A stretch of DNA of 64,000 nucleotides from Anthoceros angustus (GCA_010909165.1 VJWM01000003.1:310001-374000), one strand, 5' to 3'. Positions 1 through 14,250 are shown, counted from the stretch's first letter. Numbers and translations: made by a program. The notes: a model not told the origin generated them from the sequence alone.

Positions 1-44
1 ATGAAGAACCATCCACTAAAGAACACTGCAGACTTGAGAATTAC

Positions 45-1019
45 ATGCTCAGTCGGCATCAGAATCCTGGGTTGGCCGAGATGGAATGCAGTCATGGGGC
101 TGCTAACTTAATTGCAGATGATGACCTGGATGTTCCAGATGTTGAAGCGAACAAGAATTTGATGGAGTCTCCGGTTATAGACACACAGATGGCAGCGGTG
201 GATAAGGATTTTGATTCTGCTGCACTTCCAAGTTGTGAAGGTCTGGACCCTCATACTCCAACAGCTCTCTCTTCCCAACAGATGGAGTTTGACGAGGCAG
301 TCTTAAACATTTTAAGGGAAACTTGTGCAACCTCTGGGGAGGACGTGGCTGAGAACTCGGTGGCATCAGGGAAGCCTTTGGATTCCGTTTCACAGTCTGC
401 TCTGTCCTTAACAAGGACAACCGCTAGATTGACTGATGTCATTGCGATCTTTGACATAGTTTCTAACTACTCAGCATGGGAGGGTGCGGAGAAATTATGG
501 GGCTTCCATCTGAACAGTTTGGAGGACAAAGGTGCATATCTCGCAGATCTGGCTGTGCAGCTGTGCCTCCGACATTGCTCGGATCTGCTGCAGTCACCAA
601 GCATAAGCAAGCCGACAGCCGACTCATCAGATACACTGCAGAAGCTTCAGCCAGGTCCGCAGGTTGGTCCTGGTCCATTTGACTGGCTCAGAACAGATGC
701 AAACCCCTGCGATCCTGATCACAATCTCAAAAAGAAAGCTAGATGGGGGATGCTGAAGGGCATCGTGCTCAACCTCGTTCCTGCACGAGTACAGGCAGCA
801 GTAACAGGATCCAACTTACATGACTACAGCATGGCCTTGGCCCGCATCAGCAAGCTGGAGCATCGTCGTCAGAAGTCTGCACTGACTGAAACAGGATCAG
901 GCTCAAGACGTAGCGGTCGTGGATTCCTTCACCACCTCACGAATTCAATAGCTGAGGACAGCATCGCTGGCTTGCTAAGCCACTCCATGTTTGAACGTGG
1001 GGTATCTACCACACCATAG
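45..1019 (+). other. 324-aa ORF of unknown function, possibly part of a decayed non-LTR/TE region spanning ~1-2300
   Basis: Long open frame with no recognisable domain; downstream frames to ~2290 are broken; no diagnostic RT motif seen. Confidence 0.25.
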
Positions 1020-2825
1020 ATCAATCAAACAGAGTGCCCAAATGGGCAGTTCCTCACTGCCGAACCAGTTCAGGATCATCTTCAGCATATCAGACTGCTA
1101 ACACGTTAGGTATGACACACCACCAAGCACCTACCTAGCTCATTGTCCTACATCAAGTTCGTCCTGCAGCACAATCTGAGATATGAATTGGCTATGATGC
1201 AGGATGGCGAAAGCAGATCTCGATCACTTAGAAAGCAGATGTAGCTCTTCCATCGTTCACCCAATTCCTCAAATCGTCCAATCTCCGAACCATTCTTTCT
1301 CTGGCATCGTTATAAACATTGTCTGCCCATGTTTTTGTCCCCACCACAGAAAGAATTCCAAGGGTATCAATCATGTGGCGGGGGCAGCAGCTACCTCCTG
1401 TCGCAACTCCCTTGTCCCTGGGCTAGATGTTCGGAGATTCATTAATGGCAAGATGCTTTTCGGGAAGGAACGTGTGCCATGCCGTGAAAGGAATGGGTAG
1501 GGCAGGTTCATCACAACAGACCTCGAATACACCTTCCCATTCAAAAGTGCCCCATGTGCAGACCCCAAGTCTTCCGCGGCTCCAAGCAATCAGAAGATAG
1601 TGGAAGAGGGAATCCTTCCCCAGACAGAGCCTTGACTCGAGAATCGGCCATGGACTTCCTGTCATGTCCTTTGCTCAACCTAGTCTTCCTTGCCCAGAAT
1701 TTGAAATGCTGGGTGACGCAGCAGGTGGGCAACAAAGGGTGCAGCAGGGACACTGTACACACATACAGTCCCTGCTCTCATCACCTCTCCCTCAAACGTC
1801 CAACACTCTTTTTGCCATCAAGACAGTCTCTCGTAACAGTGACACCAACAACCGGAGTGAATACCGTGGAAAACCCGCGGTCATGGTGAGGGGATTCCGC
1901 TGGTCATCGCACGCAACTGGTCAAGCAAAGCAAAAGCAAAAGCAAAAAGGCGGCCAAAGAAAGACCTGGGCCCAACCTCCTGACCCCCCGTCTGTCTCTG
2001 ATCACAAACAGTGCCTTCAAATGCAGCGCAGAGCGTGTTCTGCGGACACCAGCCTTTTCGGTAACCGAAGTAACGACCGCCATTTGACGCCATTTAATAA
2101 ATGCCCCATGCAACGCTAGAAGGAGATAACCTTGGCCCACTGCCCACCAAAAAGATACGAGTGCATTTGGCACGATGCAAATTTGTGCACACCAATCTCA
2201 AAGATCCGGATCCAGAAGATGCTGTTGATGTCTATCTACCAAAATGGATGAAGCTCAGAAGCACATTCTGTCAGACTTTGAAATGAAGATTCAACACGTA
2301 CCCAATAACTTGGTCTTCCAGAAGATAACTAGATTGGAGTTTACCTAGGAGCTTTTGGATCTTCATGTCTTCAAAATCTTAGAATCACTTCTACTCTAAA
2401 TCTGCGTGATTTGCTTTCACTTTGCATGCCTTTACTTGGATTAGCTCATCCCTTTAATATTCATTATGTAAGTCTTTGGTATGGCTAGACCATCCTTTCT
2501 GATCCTAATGGACTATCCAAGAGTATAAAAGTTTTTGCATCATGGATCCTTGCTAGGTCCAAACTGTGTTTTTGTACTTTACGTGAGTTTAGTTCTTGAA
2601 TCTTGTCAACAAACTTAAGGGCGGGCTGTATTGAGGAAGTAGTTGTCTTAAGTTTTTCAATAAATGAGAATCTTGTGTTGTATTAGAGGAGAGTGATAGC
2701 AATCATGGACATGGGAGACTATAAACACGCATGCTTTTTATCTTCCATATTACAATACATCATACATCTTTGTTGATATAAAAAAATCAAAGTTATATTT
2801 ATATTGCATGGATGTCTATGTGCTT

Positions 2826-5686
2826 TTAATGGGCAGCAACAGGCTTTCCTCCAGCAGCTGGAGCAGCTCCCTTTGCAGGTGTGTTGCTTGATTTCCCACC
2901 TGATAGCTTTTGGATTAGTGTTTCTGAGTAGCCAGGTGAATAGTAATGGACAATCTCTATTGGATAACAATTGTTGATATTATCCACGAATTCTCGCAAC
3001 TCGCTGCCAGGCTCAAGGCTCTCCACCAAAATTTGTATCTTCTCAAATGCTCCGGATGTAACAAACTTGGTCTTGGCATCGGCATCGTTGGGTATGATCT
3101 TTGCAATTTGTCCCAGGACGTATTTGAGAATACCTTCGGGTAGTGCAGGTCCCTGGTTGTTTGTCATGAACCATGCGGTTAGTAGACAGGCATTGGCCAC
3201 ATGGTAATGCAGTGCATAGCTAGGGTTGAAAGATGATGCATGGTGATGTATATCAATTCAGCATGGCTTGCAAGTGCTTGATGTTGAGTGGTATGGTGCA
3301 TGTGAAGCAAGGAGAGGGTGCAGGGTATCCTTACATGGATGAACGAGTCCAAGGCGGGGAAGTAGGTAAGACGATCACAAATGGCTTTGATGGCCTTCTT
3401 GCACTTGTTCTGCAAATCTTCGCTACTGGTTTTGGATATAAAAGCCAGCACCAACTGTGGTAGTATGCCAGCTTCGGCAATGGCCTTGGCATGATTTGGT
3501 GTGTGCCTTCCAATCTGGCCTATCGTCCAGGCAGTGGCACTCTTGATATGATCCTCTGACTCATTGATGATGGCATGCAACAATGGTGGAAGGCCATTGG
3601 AAGCGATGACACTCAAGGCCAATGCTTCATCAAAAGCTGCTATGTATCCCAAAGCCATGATTCCTGCGCCACATACCAGGCACGGATTCAGGACTCTTTT
3701 GCACAATTAAGGACTGCAAAATGCGGCAGACTGGGTGATAAGGCTGCAGAGGCGAACCAGGCAGGCGTTCATTTCCTGTGGTCTCGGACACGTTATCGAT
3801 GAGGGCTGCAACACCGCCTGTGGCCACTATCAGCTGAGCCAGTTCTGGTGTATGCTTGGCAACCTCACGTACAACAGTTGCCGAGTTTCTCCTGACCATA
3901 GGATCTATGTCCTTGAGGCATAGGAAAATCTTCGGGAAGATGTCTGCTGCAACAACAACCTGCCAGGCAACGTGCAAACTTTATGCCTCACCGTCTATGC
4001 TGAAGATGTGCCTTGAAATATCAGGTTTCTGAGGGGATGTTTACCTCAGCCAAGTCCATGGTGTGTTTAGCAATCTGGGCCAAGGCCAAGCAAATCTGCG
4101 GAGACAGTAGCACGGCTTAGCATCTTGCTTTCCTCACAGACGATGTGGGCCAGTCACAACATCCATGACAAGGTTTGGAGAGAGGTAGTCATACATTTCG
4201 TCTCAGCTTGGTGTCCGTCTGCACCACCTGTGGTGCTAAGAATGGCACAGCACCGGCATCCACTACAGACTGTGCCAGCTCTGGAGTATGCTTTGCTATG
4301 TCTGCTAGAGCAGAGGCTGCTACCCGCCTTAATGGGAGTTCAGGTTCCTGTCAGCAGAAACATGCATTGAGAGCATTTCCCTTTGAACCCTGCCTGCTCC
4401 ACTACGGTCTCCGACAACTTATGTTTCAGTCATACCTGAACACAAAGCACAAGAAGGCCAATGGCTCCAGCATCTACCACACACTGGGCGAGCTCAGGAT
4501 TATGCTTAGCAATGTGGCCTAGTGCGGAAGCTCCAGTCTCCTTCACAGCTGGATCAAACTCTTCAAGACATTGCACAAGGGGTTGTACTGCCCCAGCATC
4601 CACCACATGTTTGGCAAGAGCTGGATTGTGCTTAGCCGTTGCCCGTAATACTGAGGCAGCTGCTTTCTTGTTGAACCTGTTCAGCTCCCTGAAAGCAGGA
4701 AAGCCATGTGTGTCAAGGACCAGCAAAACATGTCTTCTCCATGTCCAACCTACCTGCCATGGCCTTCCAGTCTGAGTGGACTTGAATTACAGAAGAGACA
4801 GATGATCAGCATCCTCACCTCAAAGAGAAGACCAGATGTGGCAGTATGTTCTCAGACACTAGCGTTCCTGCCAGGTCTTCATTGTAACTGGCAAGTCTGG
4901 ACAACCCCAAAGCAGCCGTCTGCTGGATATTTGGGACAATGTCTAATAGCAGTGGTTTCAGTAGTTGCATCACCCCTGCTGAATGCAACACCTCCACATT
5001 CTGCAGCAGAAAGAAAGTCAGTCCAGTATGTTTCAATTGCTTGCTTATTTAGCTCTCTCTTTACAGCTTATTCATTTTATGATTCAACATCCAATTCTCC
5101 CACCTTGTCTACAGTTCACCAATCTTACCAAGACACCAGAGTTTCACATCAAGGCCCATCTCAAATTTCAAGTTCTAAACAAAACCATAAGAAGTGCCTC
5201 TAATATGCCCCGATGCCTCTACTTGAGACTACATCTTTGCTTTTGTGCAATTGAATAACAAAATAACTTTCTCATTATGCGCAGGTAAGAGCATTCTTTG
5301 TAAAAAATGAGACCTATTTGAAATTGGGATTACTTTATGTTGTTGAACTTCTTTCTACAAGATGGTATGATCTTTACGACCAAAAGACTATCTACACGTG
5401 CATTATATATATTATCTTGGATTCTATACTCCTGAAATCTTGAAAGATGGTAATGCAATCACTAAGAGTTCAATAATTCTCTTATTTTTAGAATCATGCT
5501 AGGTCAAACGCTTTGCTTGTGTTGGTTTGAGAGAGATGCATTGTCATGACTTGAATGTATTTGTGCAAGAGATACTATCAATTAAACCTGTGCTTTTGTA
5601 GCAAGCTCTGCAATTGTTTGCACAAAAATGACTCTGCTCTTTTGATAAGTCTCCAACACAGCAAGCATCTGTCTTGTGGTCGCCAT
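2826..5686 (-). CDS. PF16: Axonemal central-pair armadillo-repeat protein PF16/SPAG6, 8 exons, ~531 aa
   Basis: Exons with GT-AG borders: 5686-5588, 5000-4819, 4688-4436, 4347-4195, 4095-4045, 3959-3758, 3663-3335, 3152-2826 (1596 nt, phases consistent). Translation MATTRQMLAVLETYQKSRVIFVQTIAELA..NVEVLHSAGVMQLLKPLLLD..LEEFDPAVKE..KHTPELAQ..NCYPIEIVHYYSPGYSETL matches PF16/SPAG6. Confidence 0.93.
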
Positions 5687-7618
5687 TTTTCATTCCTCCT
5701 AAAATTGTTTACAAAACTATATGACACTTTTGATTCAAGTTTGGGCGATGCTAGCATTCTACCATCTTGGCCCTATGAGAATCATTTCCAAGGATCTTGT
5801 CATTTCAAAACTAACCTACTACAATCTATCGATAGGTTGTATCACAAATATATGGGGAAGGACTTCTAAGTTTTCGGTGCGTCCAATCGTTCACATGAAG
5901 TAACACACTATCCTCCTCATGAAGTAAATTATGATAAATTTAAATTAGTTAAATACATTTTAAATAGAATTTAATTAATTTATTCCATGTGTTTGCTAAT
6001 AGATGGATATGCTCACCAAATATTCCCCATCCAATCCAAGAAATTGTCTACTAGGTAATCATCATAATATTGGTATGTAATTTAGATATTCCCCTAATAT
6101 GTATACAAGTTGTTGTATAATATATCTATTTATGTTTTTTTAATTTTTAATTAAAGCCTCTCCATATCCTTATCGGGTAATGCTCGTCCAAACATGGGAT
6201 TACCATTCACATTTTCTTATAATCTTCCTCTACACTTCGAAAACAAGATGAATTACTATCACCCATTTCACTTGTTTTCGGCTTGTCACCAATCTTTCAG
6301 AGGCTATTGTTCCCACTCAATCCTGTTTTTATTCTCTATTTGTGAGGGTTTTTATTTTAGTAAAAAAATAAAAAATAAAAATGTACCTAGAAAGAAATAG
6401 AAACATGTTGTGGCAACATGATGACCCAGTCACCTCCAAGAAGAAAATATCTTTGAAGACATCCAAGTGGTCCATTGAAAACGGATGAGGCAAAGAGGAA
6501 GAAAAGCAGTGGTCAAAGTGATGCGGGTCCATGGAGGCCCTGGAATATGAAGTGGTGTGGTGTGTGAAGGATTTTCTCCCTAACAACCTCCAACTTGAGG
6601 ACGGCTTCAAGCGACAAAAAGAGGGAGTCCTACAAAAGCCAGTCAACATCCTATGCCTCCACCACCCACAAACAATAAATCTGCACGCGGCATCCAAGGA
6701 CGGCCAGATCCGTTCCCACCATGGCGCATTGGCCAGCATGCAAACTTCAATGCTTAGTTTAATCACCTCCGCGACTTTGTAAGCCGCGTCTGCGTCATGG
6801 GCGTGTGGGGGAGATCTCACATGTCCATGTCCATACGTAGACCATGATAGTATGTACAGAAACGAAAATGAGAATGGAAACGAAAATAAAAATGAAAATA
6901 AGAATGAGATTGAGAATAGAAATAAACATATATTTTCATTTCCCACCGGGTCATGGTACCATGGCCGGTCGGTGACCCGGGGCAAATCGAAATATGTACA
7001 TAGGGGTTGCCGCCCTGCACGCCCAGCCCAACGCCTCCCGCACGCCACCACCACCTTTGACCCGTGAGTCGTGACCTTGCCACATCCCAGGGAGGCGGGC
7101 CCCACCGGGCCGTACCACTCCGCCCCCGCGTTCCACTTGCACAAGGTGTCGTGCGTTCCCGTTGGCTTTCATTCGTACCATTTCGCCATCACTCGCCCGA
7201 ACGGCCATCTCCTCCACACGGACACCAATCACCTTACCACCGCGCACCCGTTCTCCTTCTTTTCATAAATATGAGGCGCCTGGAGGCCTCGCTCAACGCT
7301 CAAGGAAACCCGGCGCGCCCGTGGCCCGTGGAGGAGCCGACCATATTAAATATCATTATATAATGTAATTACTGAAATCAACAATTTATATTTCATTCAT
7401 AATATTATTTTGAAATTATTTTATTATAAATACTTATAAATATTTAGTACGTCAAATATTTAAATATGCATTTTCTAATATTTAAAGTGGGTAGACAATC
7501 CTGTACCAAAATAATAAGGTAATAATGGTGGAGGGGTACTCGCATCAATGCATCTTCCTCTACCTCACTAGTATGTAAGCCTTTTAATCTCCTTGCATTT
7601 AAATACATATGATATTGT

Positions 7619-7730
7619 TGGTGCAATAGGTGCATTTGCATAAGACATTTGTGGGTGCAACAGGTGCATTTGCATATGACATTGGGTGCAATACAATAGG
7701 TGCATTTGCATATCAATTGTCGGTGCAATA
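7619..7730. repeat. Short degenerate tandem repeats (GGTGCAATAGGTGCATTTGCATA, 3-4 copies)
   Basis: Directly visible repeated motif in AT-rich intergenic DNA. Confidence 0.6.
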
Positions 7731-9343
7731 GATGACTTGAAATGTCAGTTTAGTTACTTATTTTTATCCCGACCCCTGGCAGGTATGCCTATTTTGTCTT
7801 CTTCTAGATGGGCTCCCCCAATCACCCATGTAGCTCTTGAATTAAACTATATTTATTCTTTTTATCTGAATGATTGATAGAGAATATAATAATCAATAAT
7901 AACAAAATATTATGATTTGGAAGTAAGTAAGGAAGAGATGAGTAACACTTTGGAGGACGACAATAAGCATTTTTATGTAATAGTTAGCAAAATTCTGAAT
8001 ACGGTATATTTAAATTATTTATTAGCAATTTTTTTAAACTGAATGTTAAGAGTGAAGATTAAACAAACTTCTATCCACATACATGGAATCCTGGTGCCCT
8101 GCAGGGGAGCGTGCAGGTGTGGAGCAGAGCCAGATTCCGATGATTGTAATATAGGTAATAGATAGGGGTGATGACAAGAGAAAGGCAAAGCCACGACATA
8201 ATCCCGCACGGAATTCGCGCAGGTAAGAAGCGGAATTTAAAAATCCGCTATCCGCTTCCATGCCTCCATCCGAGCTTTTTTTAGTCGCCCGCGCAACAGT
8301 CAGTCGTGAAAAGTGTCAGCACATGCTCCGTCTGACACTCTTTAGCTCCAGCGGAGTCTGGAGCAAGGCAGGCGCCGGAGGGGAGGGGAGGGGAGGTAAC
8401 GGGAGGGCGCGTCTCTCTCTTGCGGCTCCAGCCCAGAGACCAGTCCGACTCCGCCGCGCCCCGTCTCGATTTCTGTTGTCCGTTTGTCCGGACTCTGATT
8501 GCAACCAGGGCTCATGAGCCATTCTCTCCCCCTCCCAGCCGCGCTGCGCGCATCCTCAGGACTGGAGCTTCCAATTTTCCATCGGGATTGCCACCGCTCT
8601 CGCTGATCGCACCGGCCGTCACCAGGCACGAGGAAGAGAGGAACAGATTGTATGGCTGTGCTGGAAATGCCGGACGGGCTCCTGCGCTGACCGCTGCCCC
8701 CGGCTCTGAGTCGTGCATTCTTCTTGCCCCGGAGAGCCAGGATGACGAGGCGCTGCACCGGACTGTGGACGGCGTGTCAGTGTGGAGGTGGAGGAAGCGG
8801 GGGAGCGGATTTCTGTGACTGAATGTACGGTTTTCTGTGAGCGACTGGCTGCGGAAAATGCTGTTCTGCGGCCCGGGGCTCGCTGCTTTGTGTTGCTCTG
8901 GACTGGCCACACTGAAATGTCGACTACGGGATGATGATCCCCGTGCTGTGTTTGTTCTATGTTGGATTGAGGTCAATTTCCGCTCCCGTGTCCTGCACTA
9001 CTGCCGCTGCTGCTGCATGGATTGTCTCCGGGCTTCGTCATTGCTCCTCTCTGCATCCTTGCGAACGAGGTGCAGTGCTTGTTGAACCTCTGCTCTGTTA
9101 GTCTCGGAGACAATTTTCTGTGAGGATTGTGTACGGCGGGTGGAACTTTATGCTGTGGCAGGCGTTTGCGGCTTTGTTTGGACGGGGAATGTGATGGTAT
9201 TGTGCAGTGCTCAAGGTCTTGGTGCGAGTGGACTCCGTTGTGAGAGGCTGAAGTTTTGGTGCCCTGGTGTGTGCAGGGTTGATTCGGAGTAGGGAAGCTT
9301 GAGGAGAGCGTGACGACTGCCGGCAGAAGCTGAATAGATAAGG

Positions 9344-12300
9344 ATGCCTCTTTTGGCGGAGCAGCTTCAGCAGCTGCAGAATGGATATCAAGGAGAGGTC
9401 ATGGGGCACAAGAGCAGGTTCTCGATGGACCCGGAGACCATAATAGTGGGAGTCAGGCTGCTAGAGGAAGAGTCGGAACTCATCTCCTGGGCCGTGTACA
9501 CAGCTGCGCGGCCTGGTGACAGCATCATCGCACTCCATGTTCAGAGCTCTCAGGAGCCGTTGTATACGGAAGGTACCTATTTCTCGCCCGGAGCGCACCT
9601 GGAGCGGGGTGAGGTCTGTTCTGGGAGGGATTGGTGTCACAATTCGCTTTCTTGTGGGAACGCAGAGGATGCGGAAGAACGCCCGTTGAGGCTTGCTAAG
9701 GATGTGGCTAAGTCTGCTCTGGTCAAAATGTTGGACCCCTATCTACACCATTGTGCGCAGAAGCAGGTATCGCTCTCTCACGACTCTCAGTTCTGCGGGT
9801 TGGGGCTCGGCTCAACCCCGGCGGTGACATGAGAGGAACGTGTCTTTGGACGCGGAAGTACTTACCGTATGAAAGCGTCGAAATATTGTGCAGATAAAAG
9901 TAGAAGCCAGAATCGCTGGAGGCGTCAGTGTGGAGAAAGTTTTGGTGGAGCAAGCAGATGCACTTCGCGCCACGCTTCTTCTTCTGGGGAGCTCTGGCAG
10001 ACCGCGGCCCTCCTGGTATGCAATTCCTCAATTGCAAATCATGCTCCAGAGCCCAGGGGAAGGATATGGTACCGTTCCTCCATGCCTCTCTGTGTACTCT
10101 AATGTCGGGTTTCTGCAGGTGTTATCAAAGCCCGACCATCTATTGTTCTGACCATGCACCCCCCCGTTGCTCGGTGCTTGTTGTCAAGGACAACAAGGTC
10201 CTCGCGTACAAGGGCAGCACAGACAACACTTTTTTTCCTGGTAATACTATGTTTGCATTCAAGTGAATGTGGTGCGGGGTAATGCGAACACAATGTTGAC
10301 CCTCTAAATATTTCTCGATGTTTCAATCTTCCAGAACCTCAACCGAAACAGAAACCAACTAAGAGCGTTGCAGGCAGCCGTGGATCCTTACCACGGAGAT
10401 TCAAATTCTGCGCTCAAGAACCGGACGTGCTACCAACACCCCTCGACAGTCCTACCAGAGATGGGAAGGATGCTGCCAGCCAGGCCTGGGAGCTGGAGGG
10501 TCTGTCACCGAGGGGAGTTCTGGAAGGCACGGTGGAATCTGAATCGAGCTCTCCGCCCAGCAGCATAACTATGTTCTCCCCAAGCCTTTCAAAAAGACCT
10601 TTTCTGGTTGCAGAGGAGGACACATTGCAGCCATTACCTCCACCCCAACGTCCACTATCGATGGTTTGGAAGAACCCCATTAGGAGGCTACACAGCTTTC
10701 CATCATCACACCGAGTCAAGAAGCTGTTGGCGAATTCCAGCTGCCATTCTGCAAGGACAAACCCAGAATCTGGTGCAGATTCGGGTGCAGAGGACGGTGA
10801 ACAGGCGTGGGATGGGAAGCCTCCTAACTCTCAACCTCCATGGCGCTCCTTTACTTATGGCGAGATTTCGATGGCTACAAGGTCATTCGACCATGGTAAG
10901 TACGCTGAATTTATCGCGGATCTTGGAGTGCTTTTCATTCGTATTGTCCTCAGTCTTACACCTTTCTGTGGTCTCCAGCCAACTTGGTCGGTAAGGGAGG
11001 TTATGCTCAGGTGTTCAAGGGAGTACTACCCAACGGAGAGGTCATAGCAGTGAAACTGCTCACTCGAGAGTCGGAAGAAATGAAGGAGAGAGATTTTCTT
11101 ACGGAGTTAGGGATTATTGGCCATGTCTGTCACCGAAATACCAGCATGCTCATTGGGTTTTGCATTGAAGGCGGTCTTCACTTGGTATACAAGTATTCCC
11201 CACATGGAAGTTTGGCTTCTTTTCTTCATGGTGAGACTAGCAGCCTCTTGCTAATGGTGCACTCCCAGAGCACTGAGCCCATATTGAGTCTAACGTAGTT
11301 GTTGACTTCTATAGCTGGCGGCGGCTCGTCGATGGATTGGGCTGCTCGGTACAAAGTCGCTGTTGGCGTTGCTCATGGTTTGCATTACTTGCACAAGCGA
11401 TGCCCACGACGCATCATTCACAGGGACATAAAGTCATCAAACATTCTTTTGGGACCGGACTTTGAGCCACAAGTAAGAAAGCTTTCCGATGTCGTAGTCG
11501 AGTATCCTAAATGTTTTGTCTAACATGGTTCGAAGGCTAGAAGGCTTATGCGGCTGAAAACCCTGTGCAGATATCGGACTTCGGCTTGGCGAAATGGCTG
11601 CCGGAACAGTGGACGCATCATACTGTGGAGCCTGTTGAAGGCACTATTGGGTGAGTAAATGTCGATGCTTTCAGCTTGTCATTATTTCCAGTCCTCGACA
11701 TGTGATGTGACGTTGTCCAGTGCATCACCGCAGGTATCTTGCTCCTGAGTACTTCATGCATGGAATTGTCGATGAGAAGACAGATGTGTTCGCCTATGGT
11801 GTGGTACTCTTAGAGCTGATAAGTGGCCGACGGCCGGTAGAGGCTACTTCCCAGAACTTGGTGATGTGGGTACGTTCCACCACTTATCCTGTGATGTCCT
11901 GTGCAATGTGTATTTCTTACTTCGGAACGTTGGATCGGCTGAAAGTTTTGATACTGTATCAGGCAAAGCCGTTACTCGAGGCCACCAACCTGCCGGAGTT
12001 GGTAGATCGGAGCTTGGGAACATCTTACGATTCGTCTCAAATGCGAAAGCTGATAATGGTGGCCACCCTCTGCGTCAGGCATTCTGCAATTTGGCGTCCA
12101 AGCATGAAGCAGGCAAGTCCCTTGCTCTGCAGCTGTTCAATCCTAATGCCTCCATGTTGGAGATTCCCTGCTTCTAACAAAAGTGCTGGGATGTTACAGG
12201 TTCTGGACTTGTTGACAGAGGATGCAACAGATTCTGACGCAGTCGGGTCAGAGGAACTGAGCCAACTGGTGAACAAGTCACTCGGCCAAGAGATCACCAA

Positions 12301-12376
12301 CCTTGAATCCGACTACAGCATCGCCACCTATCAAAAGGATCTGTGCCGCCATAGAGAGTTGGCCTTGTGCTTCTGA
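9344..12376 (+). CDS. Receptor-like cytoplasmic kinase with N-terminal USP/adenine-nucleotide alpha-hydrolase-like domain (RLCK-VI/RBK-like), 10 exons
   Basis: Exons ~9344-9766, 9894-10015, 10119-10240, 10335-10895, 10979-11230, 11315-11472, 11571-11650, 11734-11869, 11963-12112, 12200-12376. Motifs: [20 protein letters not shown] (USP-like), [67 protein letters not shown]. Confidence 0.9.
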
Positions 12377-12689
12377 AGGGTACTTCAATTTTGTCTCAAC
12401 CTTCGCGCCGCCTGTAACCATTTCAACCCCGCCTGTCACAACTGTATCATAGTAATTGCCTTGATGCGTCGGCATAGACACTGTAGTATGTGAGAAGGAC
12501 TGGAGAAACCTCTGGCTACTTGTTGTATCAGTGTTGGGAAGGAAATCCCTGTATTACTTACATAGCTTACTGGCAATGCCCGCAGCGCAGCCTCGAGGTC
12601 GCTCGGATGCCTTTAATAGGAAATGCACTCTGTATATCAACTGCCCTCTAATCTTTTAACTACCTATGCAATCAAAAGGTCGCCCGAAT

Positions 12690-12773
12690 GCCGTCTCTGT
12701 ACCGGGAAAATTAGAGGGCCGTCTCTGTACCGGAAGAATTAGAGGGCCGTCTCTGTACCGGAAAAATTAAAGG
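12690..12773. repeat. 28-bp tandem repeat x3
   Basis: GCCGTCTCTGTACCGGRARAATTARAGG units start at 12690, 12718 and 12746. Confidence 0.9.
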
Positions 12774-12879
12774 GAATAATTTATATAAATACTATCAATA
12801 ATTAATTATTTACACTGAAATAAATAGATAATAATTTGATTACTTATGCATAAAATAAATATATGACACATCTTATTTT

Positions 12880-14250
12880 TTGTGTAGTGAGTGCTGCAAG
12901 CCTATATATAAGGGTTTACTCAAAACGGTAGAAAGAATAATAGCAAGCCCATGTACAAGTATGACACACAAAATGAGAATGCCCTCATCACAGCTAGCCC
13001 CTTGTGCAAGCAGCAAAAAACGAAAAACACCCCAAACTTTTTTGCTGATTTTTTACTGAAAAATTTTCAATAGTGTAGCCTCCTGGGGTCAGTCGATCGA
13101 GTCCAGATGGGTTTAGCGGTTAATCTTTCTAAACACCTTGAAACTGTTGTGAAGATTAGGTACTGCCCACGCATTATATACGGCTTGAAACTTTTGTGAA
13201 GACTAGGTACTGCATTGACACAAATGGAACTAGTTTCGAGAAACACAAAAGTGCAACCAGCAAACAAGTATGATAAATACCCCATATTACTTGAGTAGTG
13301 AGTGCCACAAGTCTATATATAAGGGTTTGCATAATTTTTGAATTGTTCTTCAAGACATTTCACAAAATTGATACCATACACTGAATTAAAGATTAGCATT
13401 GGTAGATAGATAGTTAATTAGTAAGTTAGTTTTTACATGGCCTCGACATCAACATAACACGTAAAAATAAAGCACATAAAAGGTCTGAAGTTTCCTACTA
13501 AAAATGTTGTAACAATCGAGAAAAGGTCTGAAGTTTCCTACTAACAATGTTGTTTTAGCGCAGCCTCACAGGGTCGTTCATTTGGCCCCGGATGCCTAAA
13601 ACCAATTAGATGATTCTTTTCATTGATCTTGAAAGATCTCGAACAGTCTTCACAAGGATTTGAGAGTCATCAGTGCATACCAATTAAGCTTTTGTAAGGC
13701 CCTAGGTAGCATATAGGCACGACTAGAACTGGTTCCGAAGCACTCAAAGGTGCTGATTCCAAGTAATACTGAAGAAGAAAAGCGTGATAAATAACCCATA
13801 TTGCTTGAGTATGTAGTGAGTGTCGCAAGCCTACTCATAGGGGTTTGCACCATTTTTGTATTTTTTGTCGGACATTTAATAAAAAAAAGCATCACACATA
13901 AGATTAAGATTGCATGGGTAGATAGATAGTGAATTTTTTAGTTATTCTTACATGGTCTTTGCACCAACATAACGAGAGAAGAGGTCTAAATGTTTTTACT
14001 AAAAATGCTGCTACAGTGCAAACTCCTTGGATCGTTCAAACTAAGTAACACTGAAGTAAACAAGCGTGATAAATAATGTACATAATGAGTGGCGCAAGTT
14101 TTTTTGTACTTTTGAAGTCCTGGCGTAGACAGGTTTACTAAAAATGTTGCTGCAACATTATCATATGTATCTATATATGATACAATTTGTATCATATGTA
14201 GAATTAAGATTAATATGAGTAGATAGATATTAAATTAGTTAGTTATTTTT
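12880..14250. repeat. Degenerate AT-rich repeat family, several partial copies (also at ~17.0, 19.0 and 19.9 kb)
   Basis: Recurrent AAGCGTGATAAATAACCCAT..GAGTAGTGAGTG..CAAGCCTA motif (~13265, 13780, 14063, 16995, 19016, 19858) and GTAGATAGAT..AATTAGT motif. Confidence 0.6.

Noticed and set aside
6329-7144. 271-aa minus-strand ORF
   Set aside because: Crosses a low-complexity GAAAAT tract (FSF repeats); composition is not protein-like.
8260-9340. Several overlapping ORFs upstream of the kinase
   Set aside because: GC-rich promoter/5' UTR with few stop codons; no recognisable domain.
12690-12773. Short repeat arrays (also 35123-35340, 46898-47155, 48001-48168) as possible CRISPR arrays
   Set aside because: Head-to-tail units without unique spacers, no cas genes, eukaryotic context.
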